Part shown: positions 57,701-64,000 of the stretch, piece after piece
Layout: every line of letters begins with the position of its first letter
Numbering within the stretch: the first letter of the stretch is position 1
Origin: Candidatus Latescibacterota bacterium
Lineage (GTDB): Bacteria; Latescibacterota; UBA2968
Reading direction: 5' to 3'
Assembly (NCBI GenBank): GCA_965222605.1
Contig: OZ244960.1
Location: 4,512,001 to 4,576,000, forward strand
Length of the DNA: 64,000 bases
Notes under the pieces: generated by a model
What the model saw: the letters and a program-made list of their open reading frames with translations, nothing else
Database searches by the model: none
What the model was told of the DNA's origin: nothing
Program-made: the position numbers and the translations under genes

Positions 57701-60192
57701 GGAATACCGCGCAAATCGAGATTCCCATTACAGAAGGCATGGCGCCGAATGCGTATGTGACGGTATCCGTCATTCAGCCGCATAGACAGACGGCAAATGA
57801 TCGCCCGTTGCGGATGTATGGGATTGTGCCTTTGCGCGTAGTTGATCCAAATACGCGGCTCGATCTCACACTGACTGCGCCCGATGAACTCAAACCCGAC
57901 GATTCTTTTGAGGTTGTCGTGCAAACGGATGATGGAAAACCCGCGCAGTTGACGCTGTCTGTTGTGGATGAAGGTTTGCTGGATATCACGCAATTTTCAA
58001 CGCCCGATCCCTGGCGTGCGTTTTTCAGCAAGTTGCGTTTGGGGCTTCATATTTCCGATTTGTTTGGGCAGGTTATAGGTGTCAATATTGGCGATGTGTT
58101 TAAGACCTTTGCGATAGGCGGCGATGCCGCTCTGGCTGCTTATCGGCGCGATAGGCTCCATGATGATCAAAAACAGCGTTTTAAGTCTGTATCGCTTTTT
58201 GAAGGTCCGGTTGCAACCGACGATCAGGGGCGCGCTGTGGTTTCTTTTGTTATGCCCAATTACGTCGGTTCGGTGCGCATCATGGCTGTGGCTGCGCGGG
58301 GCAATGCTTATGGCAGTGAGGAAAAAACAGTACCGGTGAAAACGGATTTGATGGTTTTGCCCACTTTGCCGCGCGTGTTGCGCCCCGGTGATCGCATTGC
58401 CGTTCCAGCTACTGTATTTGCTATGAGAGATAGTTTGGGATCTGTTGATGTGGCGATTAGCACAGAGGGATTTCTCAATGTCGATGGACGGGTGCGGGAT
58501 ACCATTGCGTTTCAAAAAGCCGGTGAAAAAGATGTGCTATTTATGTGTACGGTGCCCAATGCAATTGGAGACGCGCGCGTTGCGATTACTGCGACTGCTG
58601 GCGATGTGATTGCTACGCATACAACGGATCTGACTATTTCACCGTCGTCGCCGCGCATCAGTGCCGATGATACGCGGGAGATACGGTCGGGACAGGCGGT
58701 TGTACTTCCCATTCCCGATCGGGGCATTCCCGGTTCCAATCGCGCACGTCTCACTCTGCACACGCGCCCGAATGTGAAGCTCGGCAACCGTCTGCTTTGG
58801 CTGGTGCGATATCCATACGGTTGTGTCGAGCAAGTGGTGTCGGCGGCATTTCCACAGCTTTATCTCAAAGATATCCTCCTGGTATCGGATAAATCGAATG
58901 AGATTGCGCGGGAGATTGATGATCATATAAATGCTGCGATTCGGCGGTTGCGCCGATTTCGGCTGTCGTCGGGTGCGCTCAGTTATTGGCCGGGGCGATC
59001 TGATCCCTCGATGTGGGGCACGCTATATGCCGGGCATTTTTTGATTGAGGCCGATGCTCTCGGTTATTATGTGCCAGACGACCTGTTTTATAGCTGGGTG
59101 CAATACCAGCAATCTCGCGCTTTGACCACGCGCGATGATCTCATGATCCGAACCTATCGGGTCTATTTGCTCGCACTGGCAAATCAGCCCGCTCTGGGGG
59201 CGATGAATTTACTAAAGGAAAGTAGTTTGCGGGATATGACGGATGTGGAGAAATGGCTGTTGGCATCGGCGTATCACCGCGCGGGTAGTTCTGCGATAGC
59301 CAATGAGATTCTCAGAAATGCGGGGACGCTCGCAAACAAGGGCAACAGGTGGGAAAATACCTTTGGGTCTGCGCTGAGAGACCGGGCAATGATTCTATCG
59401 GCGATGATTGATTTGCAACGTTGGGAAGAAGCCGATCCTCTGGCCGATGAAATCGCGCTGGCACTGGCATCGGACATGTGGTATTCGACACAGTCGAGCA
59501 GTTTCGCGCTGCTGGCACTGGGCAAGCATATCCGGGCGACCGAGGGGGATCAACCGCTGCGTTTGACGGGTTCGGTGACATTGCCCGGTGGGGAAGTCGT
59601 GCCGTTTGATTCGGGTTCGCGGTTTTACAATATCGATATCGAATCTGGATTTGGACAATCTATTCGCGTCCAACTCAGTCCCGAGAGCACGGTGACGCGG
59701 GCGTTTGCGACACTCGAATGGTCGGGCATTCCGCTCAGAGCTGACGCTGTAGCCGAATCTCGTAGTTTGCAACTCGACGTGCGCTGGCGCGATGACGATG
59801 GCTTTCCCGTGTATCCCGATACGCTCAAACAGGGGGCGACATTCTGGGGACATTTCAGCGTGAAAAATACATCTGTCGCACATATCCGCGAGATTGCATT
59901 GACTCAGTTGTTGCCTTCGGGTTGGGAAATCGAAAATACGCGCTTGTCGGGCGCGCCAATGCCGAGGTGGACTTCTAATTTGCGTTTGGGCCGCGAGGCA
60001 TATTTCGATATGCGCGACGATCGCGCGACATATTTTTTTGACATCGCACCTGCGAGCAACACTCAGAATTTTGTCGTGAAGCTCAATGCTGTTACGGTGG
60101 GTACATTTACCCTGCCACCCACACTTGTCGAGGCGATGTACAATAATAAAATCAAAGCGGTTGTGCCGGGTAGAACTGTGGTGGTGAGGTGA
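54706..60192 (+). CDS. Alpha-2-macroglobulin family lipoprotein
   Basis: 1828 aa; lipobox LFAC, YTERGVYRPGD, VDEGLL, thioester YPYGCVEQ, WYSTQ, LPSGWEIEN; upstream of pbpC. Confidence 0.95.
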   Translation: MSYRISLFVLLTLFACSKKSPEDAPLSYPLETARMVSHVSGGVLASTDPIRVRFVSPVVGKSQVGQVLRTRVFRFVPSIDGLATWEDVRTLVFKPNAPLALRTVYSGELSMVDVFPQHKDLKPLIIQFEVAGRELVALEADFELPDANDPQRLVFSGQISFNERADSSAVSDAVALRLGDQRLALHWRVLSDGKTHDFTSAEITRTREAQELTLHIDRADLELSQDYDNTWSLPPLSVLSVVKIEKHTDRDRPRVSIIFSDDLDFGQDIAGLITVDPPQQLQLNALGKTVGVVGNFQHGQSYALTVHPGIRSRWGIALAQPHTETVVFDDIKPRMRFARDGVFLPSSGNRKIRFQTVNVSRVRLKFDKVFESNLGQFLQVQGVDGSRDRTRVFSSYQIRRVGVTVVDKKLDIGNEKNVWLQHDLDLDDLISKDEKGLYLIGLTFGAEDMLYGDPVEAAEARQQRRRYRGTDYYNNPYSRGYVYQHGRIYKPVVVSDIGLTHQKAHERHLVYATHLEDARPLSGVTITLRTYQNQIVEQKVTDRNGLADFSPVKSDVFFIEAEKDGQRSFIKPGDMAWNLSTFDTGGQDPAPDGIRAFFYTERGVYRPGDDIHLSTIVRNHNHTFPDGHPVSLAFYNPLGQRVLTQTNREGKDGFYTFDLSSSADAPTGNWRAEIDVGSRKFNHTVKIETVVPFRLKVFLDPQLADRDRVLKADLRSTYLFGNPAAGLKASVDVTLRSSPPVFPKYEGFSFVNQAVKFKPITTNIFKGTLDKEGKAAVSWQLPSLSEAPSRLSAVLHARVLEKGGRPNSTARTVHIDPFGVYVGLRKPDMDYGFTRINASLEVPVVAVTPDGEVASGRTLMYRVFHNENYWWWEYDSRDQFRLRFKRDFSTKKIFETSIISQDHPVPVAFTPEKKGEYLIEVADADGHKASLFIRAYPWGSLPASGRDAGALVLKTDRENYAPGEIAVVSFPVPDTSSVLVTVSRGGNVVHSRWHTPSTRNTAQIEIPITEGMAPNAYVTVSVIQPHRQTANDRPLRMYGIVPLRVVDPNTRLDLTLTAPDELKPDDSFEVVVQTDDGKPAQLTLSVVDEGLLDITQFSTPDPWRAFFSKLRLGLHISDLFGQVIGVNIGDVFKTFAIGGDAALAAYRRDRLHDDQKQRFKSVSLFEGPVATDDQGRAVVSFVMPNYVGSVRIMAVAARGNAYGSEEKTVPVKTDLMVLPTLPRVLRPGDRIAVPATVFAMRDSLGSVDVAISTEGFLNVDGRVRDTIAFQKAGEKDVLFMCTVPNAIGDARVAITATAGDVIATHTTDLTISPSSPRISADDTREIRSGQAVVLPIPDRGIPGSNRARLTLHTRPNVKLGNRLLWLVRYPYGCVEQVVSAAFPQLYLKDILLVSDKSNEIAREIDDHINAAIRRLRRFRLSSGALSYWPGRSDPSMWGTLYAGHFLIEADALGYYVPDDLFYSWVQYQQSRALTTRDDLMIRTYRVYLLALANQPALGAMNLLKESSLRDMTDVEKWLLASAYHRAGSSAIANEILRNAGTLANKGNRWENTFGSALRDRAMILSAMIDLQRWEEADPLADEIALALASDMWYSTQSSSFALLALGKHIRATEGDQPLRLTGSVTLPGGEVVPFDSGSRFYNIDIESGFGQSIRVQLSPESTVTRAFATLEWSGIPLRADAVAESRSLQLDVRWRDDDGFPVYPDTLKQGATFWGHFSVKNTSVAHIREIALTQLLPSGWEIENTRLSGAPMPRWTSNLRLGREAYFDMRDDRATYFFDIAPASNTQNFVVKLNAVTVGTFTLPPTLVEAMYNNKIKAVVPGRTVVVR

Positions 60193-60304
60193 TCCGCAGA
60201 TGACGCAGAAAAAACGCGAGTAATTTGAGCGTTTTACGCAGATGAAAAGAGGGGCTGGAGGGCTGGGGTTATCCTGTTCATCCTTTTCTCCTGATATCCT
60301 GATC

Positions 60305-62590
60305 ATGAGACGCCGATACAAAATTTTAATCGGTATTTTTGCGGGAATAGTACTTCTGTACTTTGCTATTCCGGTGACGCATTTTTTAGAGGATTATAGC
60401 ACGGTTGTGCTGGATAAAGACGGGCGCGTTTTGCGCGCATTTCTCAATAACCGCCAGCAGTGGCATTTTCCGCCGCAGAAGAATGTGCGCGTTTCGCAGA
60501 AGCTCAAAACGAGTGTGCTCTATTTTGAAGATCGATATTTTGAGTACCACTTTGGCGTCAATCCCGTGTCTGTGGTGCGCGCGTTGTATCAAAATTTGAA
60601 ACAGGGCAAAACTGTGAGTGGTGCGAGTACGTTGACCATGCAAGTTGCGCGGCTGATGCACCCCAGGCCGCGCACATATCTCAACAAAACACTGGAGATG
60701 CTTCAGGTGCTGAAGATCGAGATGCGGTATTCAAAAGAAGAGATTTTGCAACTTTATCTCGATCACGCGCCTTATGGCGGGAATGTGGTGGGCTATCGGG
60801 CGGCGGCGTTGCGTTTTTTTCGGAAGGCACCGGACCAACTGACATGGGCAGAGGCGGCAGTGCTCGCGGTATTGCCCAATTCGCCGGGAAAAATTTCGCC
60901 TCAGACAAATCCCGGTACTTTAAAAAAGAAGCGCGATGCGTTGCTCAACGCACTGCACAGGGCGGGATATTTTGATGCGGAGACGCTGTATCTGGCGCGA
61001 AAAGAGTCTGTACCGCGCAAGTCGCATCCGTTTCCCATGCTGGCCCCTCATTTGGCGCGGTACATTAAAGATCGCCAGACGTCGTTTGTGCATCCAACGA
61101 CGATTGATCGGAATATTCAGATGCGGGCAGAAGAACTCGTTGCGCGTCATGTCAGCAGGTTGCGGCAGCGCGGGATTCACAATGGTTTTGCGCTGATTGC
61201 GGATACCAAAACGGGTGCTGTTCGCGCTTATATCGGGTCTGAAAATTTCACAGATAGTCACGTCGATGGGATTCGCGCGCCGCGGTCGTCGGGTTCGTTG
61301 CTCAAGCCGTTTCTCTACGCGCTCAGTATGGATGCGGGGTTGATTCTGCCGCAGAGCAAAATTCGGGATATTCCGACGTATTACGGTTCGTTTTCGCCAC
61401 ACAATGCCAGTCGCACGTTTCAGGGGCTTGTCTCGGCGCACGATGCTTTGATTTTGTCGGCGAATGTGCCTGCGGTGCGCCTGCTTTCTACGTATGGCGT
61501 GGTGGCGTTTTACGAACGGCTTCGCGCGGCTGGTTTGACGACGTTGTTCCGCACGCCGAATGATTACGGTTTGCCCCTTGTGCTCGGCGGTGCCGAGGTG
61601 ACGGGCTGGGATATGGCGGTGCTTTTTCGCGGCCTGGGCAATGGGGGCGTGTTTCAGCCCCTTCATATCAATCCGGCAGACCGTCCGCCTGAACCCCCGC
61701 GTTTGCTCAGTCGCGGCGCGTGTTATCTGGTGCTGAATACGTTGCGCGATCTCTCGCGGCCCGGAGTAGAATTTTACTGGCATCAGTTTCAAAACCAGTG
61801 GCCCATTGCCTGGAAAACGGGTACGAGTTATGGACACCGCGATGCGTGGGCCGTGGGGGTGTCGCCGCAGTGGACGATTGCTGTGTGGGTGGGAAATTTC
61901 GCGGGTGAAGGGGTGTCTGAACTCACGGGGGCGCGCTGTGCCGCGCCTTTGTTTTTCGATCTGTTTAACAGTTTGCCCCACGATCCCGATCAACGGTGGT
62001 TTGCGCCGCCTCAGGCCGATTTGACCCGGCGCGATATCTGTGCAGATACGGGGTATCGCGCCGCGCCGCATTGTCCAGAGCGGGTTTCTGTGGAAGCTCC
62101 CCGCGTACTTTTGAAAATTTGCCCGTATCATCGGGTTATAACTGTGAATGCCGATAGTACACAGCGGGTATGCTCTCTTTGTTGGCAGCCGGGTGAACAC
62201 CGTCGCGTTGTGCGTTTGGTGTATCCGCCAGATGTTGTTCACCACTTGCGACAACGGGGTCAAAGTACAGGGGATTTGCCACCGCATCGCGCGGACTGTG
62301 CAGCGCAAGCTGATCACGCGCCTGTACATATTGTGTATCCAACGCGGAATGCGCGTCTTTATTTGCCCCGAGATTTTGACGGTACCGTGCAGAATGTCGT
62401 GTTGCGGGTGACACATCGCGATAAAAACCGCACGTTATACTGGTATCTCAACCATCGCTATCTGGGAGAGACGAATACGCGGCATGTCAAATCTGTCGCC
62501 TTACCGACAGGCCAACACACGCTCGAAGTGATCGATGAGATCGGCCATCGCGATCAAACGCGTTTTTATGTCTCGTCGAGACAGGGGTGA
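60305..62590 (+). CDS. pbpC: Penicillin-binding protein 1C
   Basis: FEDRYF, SGASTLTMQVARL, GSLLKPF (SxxK), SANVPA, WKTGTSYG.RDAW, C-terminal PBP1C domain. Start at ATG 60305. Confidence 0.95.
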   Translation: MRRRYKILIGIFAGIVLLYFAIPVTHFLEDYSTVVLDKDGRVLRAFLNNRQQWHFPPQKNVRVSQKLKTSVLYFEDRYFEYHFGVNPVSVVRALYQNLKQGKTVSGASTLTMQVARLMHPRPRTYLNKTLEMLQVLKIEMRYSKEEILQLYLDHAPYGGNVVGYRAAALRFFRKAPDQLTWAEAAVLAVLPNSPGKISPQTNPGTLKKKRDALLNALHRAGYFDAETLYLARKESVPRKSHPFPMLAPHLARYIKDRQTSFVHPTTIDRNIQMRAEELVARHVSRLRQRGIHNGFALIADTKTGAVRAYIGSENFTDSHVDGIRAPRSSGSLLKPFLYALSMDAGLILPQSKIRDIPTYYGSFSPHNASRTFQGLVSAHDALILSANVPAVRLLSTYGVVAFYERLRAAGLTTLFRTPNDYGLPLVLGGAEVTGWDMAVLFRGLGNGGVFQPLHINPADRPPEPPRLLSRGACYLVLNTLRDLSRPGVEFYWHQFQNQWPIAWKTGTSYGHRDAWAVGVSPQWTIAVWVGNFAGEGVSELTGARCAAPLFFDLFNSLPHDPDQRWFAPPQADLTRRDICADTGYRAAPHCPERVSVEAPRVLLKICPYHRVITVNADSTQRVCSLCWQPGEHRRVVRLVYPPDVVHHLRQRGQSTGDLPPHRADCAAQADHAPVHIVYPTRNARLYLPRDFDGTVQNVVLRVTHRDKNRTLYWYLNHRYLGETNTRHVKSVALPTGQHTLEVIDEIGHRDQTRFYVSSRQG

Positions 62591-62663
62591 ACACTTGGCT
62601 GGCCGATTCGTACATATCCCTGTCTGTCCTAAAACTTATCAATATCCATAAAGTGGGAAATCT

Positions 62664-63575
62664 ATGTACATTCCAGAAACCCTATCGTCCAATCCAAAAT
62701 GGGCTGGATGGATCGAACGGCTACCAGATATTGTCGCTGCGTGTGCAAAGCGATGGGATCTTCGCATTGAAAATCCTATGACAGAAGATTACGCCGAAAT
62801 GTCCTATAGCTATATCGCACCGGCGAGGGATGCGAAGGGCACAGAGGTCATTTTAAAAATTGGCTCGCCTTCGCAACTGGCGGAAATCTGGCAACAAGAG
62901 TGCCACGCGCTGCAACTTTGCAATGGTGATGGCACGGTCAAGTTGCTCGATTTTGACGAGGCGTTGGGCGTGCTGATGCTCGAGCGCGTCTGTCCAGGTG
63001 TGCCTTTGGGTGTTTGTCCGGATGACGAGGAGAATACGCGCATTGCCGCTCGCCTGATGAAAAAGTTCTGGCAACCCGTTCCGAAAATTCACACTTTTCG
63101 ACCGACGGCTTACGAAATAGATGGCTTTGACAAATTGCGTAAAAAATTCAATGGCGGCACTGGGCCGTTGCCCGAGAAATGGGTTGTGCGCGCCGAAACA
63201 CTTTACGATGAGTTGATGAGTACCAGTACAGAAACGGTTGTTCTGCACGGGGATTTGCATCACTGGAATATCTTGAGTTCAGAGCGCGAACCGTATCTCG
63301 TCATTGATCCCAAAGGTTATTTTGGCGATCCGGGTTACGAGGTCGGTGCTTTTTTGGCGAATTATCCCGACGCATCCTGTGAAGGATATGACCGGGGTGA
63401 AATCGATGTTCGACGCGTGGAGATTATGGCCGAAGAATTGGATATCCCGCGCGAGCGAATTATCAAATGGGGTCTGGTTCTGGCTTTAATTTGGGCGAGG
63501 TGGAGTGCGGATACGCCCGAAGAATTTTGGCGTACAAGTATTAATCGCGCCCAGGCATTGGATCAGTTGCTTTAG
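62664..63575 (+). CDS. Aminoglycoside/hydroxyurea phosphotransferase family kinase (APH(6)-like)
   Basis: W.ERLP......KRW.L, ILKIG, LMLER, LHGDLHHWNIL, IDPKG..GDPGYE. Confidence 0.85.
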   Translation: MYIPETLSSNPKWAGWIERLPDIVAACAKRWDLRIENPMTEDYAEMSYSYIAPARDAKGTEVILKIGSPSQLAEIWQQECHALQLCNGDGTVKLLDFDEALGVLMLERVCPGVPLGVCPDDEENTRIAARLMKKFWQPVPKIHTFRPTAYEIDGFDKLRKKFNGGTGPLPEKWVVRAETLYDELMSTSTETVVLHGDLHHWNILSSEREPYLVIDPKGYFGDPGYEVGAFLANYPDASCEGYDRGEIDVRRVEIMAEELDIPRERIIKWGLVLALIWARWSADTPEEFWRTSINRAQALDQLL

Positions 63576-63612
63576 ATGATGTGTCATATCACACTAACCA
63601 CAAGGAGATTTT

Positions 63613-64000
63613 ATGTCTGACCGTCCAAATATTCTGGTGATTATGTCCGATGAGCACGACCCGGCAGTGATGGGGTGTTATGGCGATTCTATTGTGCAAA
63701 CGCCGCACATGGACCGGCTGGCCGAAGAGGGTATTGTGTTTGATGCGGCTTATACGAGTTCGCCGCTTTGCGCGCCTGCGCGTGCGAGTTTTACGGCGGC
63801 GCAATATGTGAGTCGCTGTGGTGTTTGGACCAATGATTGTCAGTTGCCCTCTGACGATTATCCTTCGCTGCCTCATGCGCTGAATGCGGTAGGCTATGAA
63901 TGCTGGTTGGGCGGTAAGATGCATTTTGCGGGTACGCATCGCTATGGTTTTCGCGATGTTTATCCCGGTGCGAATCAAGGGGACAGGAGTGGGAAGGGCG
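63613..64000 (+). CDS. Sulfatase (choline-sulfatase-like), runs off window end
   Basis: AAGGAG RBS; MSDRPNILVIMSDEH...SPLCAPAR...GKMHF. Confidence 0.9.
   Translation, partial: MSDRPNILVIMSDEHDPAVMGCYGDSIVQTPHMDRLAEEGIVFDAAYTSSPLCAPARASFTAAQYVSRCGVWTNDCQLPSDDYPSLPHALNAVGYECWLGGKMHFAGTHRYGFRDVYPGANQGDRSGKG

Noticed and set aside
60920-62416. 498-aa ORF on the minus strand
   Set aside because: Antisense shadow of pbpC with no recognisable motifs. The same applies to the long antisense ORFs at 24039, 36263, 44611, 55483 and 59395.
62664-63575. strB-type streptomycin resistance
   Set aside because: Only family-level kinase motifs, no mobile context, substrate unknown.

Overview
Gene-dense bacterial chromosomal segment with about 55 CDS and no rRNA, tRNA or CRISPR array. 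It comes from a diderm: TolC, outer-membrane barrel, alpha-2-macroglobulin/PbpC and lipoproteins are present. Four sulfatases, four Gfo/Idh/MocA oxidoreductases, two PhyH-type dioxygenases, a heparinase-like protein and a serpin suggest a marine, possibly sponge-associated FCB-group bacterium such as Ca. Latescibacterota (inference only). Housekeeping blocks (yggS-yggT-divIVA, recJ, pap, trxA, holA, RND pump, tilS-ftsH-folP) alternate with accessory catabolic genes. Mobile and decay features: an intact single-ORF IS66 with perfect TIRs and 8-bp TSD, a hicBA pair, an internally deleted VapC, a frameshifted beta-helix gene and GTAG-type REPs. Best leads: (1) two paralogous PhyH-family Fe/2OG enzymes, one with the halogenase-type His-X-Gly motif, co-oriented with a sulfatase; (2) two tandem single-pass membrane proteins with complementary, degenerate CutA (PII-like) domains; (3) a PspA/DUF4178/DUF350/spermidine-synthase cassette split into convergent halves beside a GC-skew polarity flip at about 13.9 kb; (4) an operon of two apparent exported pseudoenzymes, one with RGG repeats. 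Family assignments are from motif recognition, not database searches.
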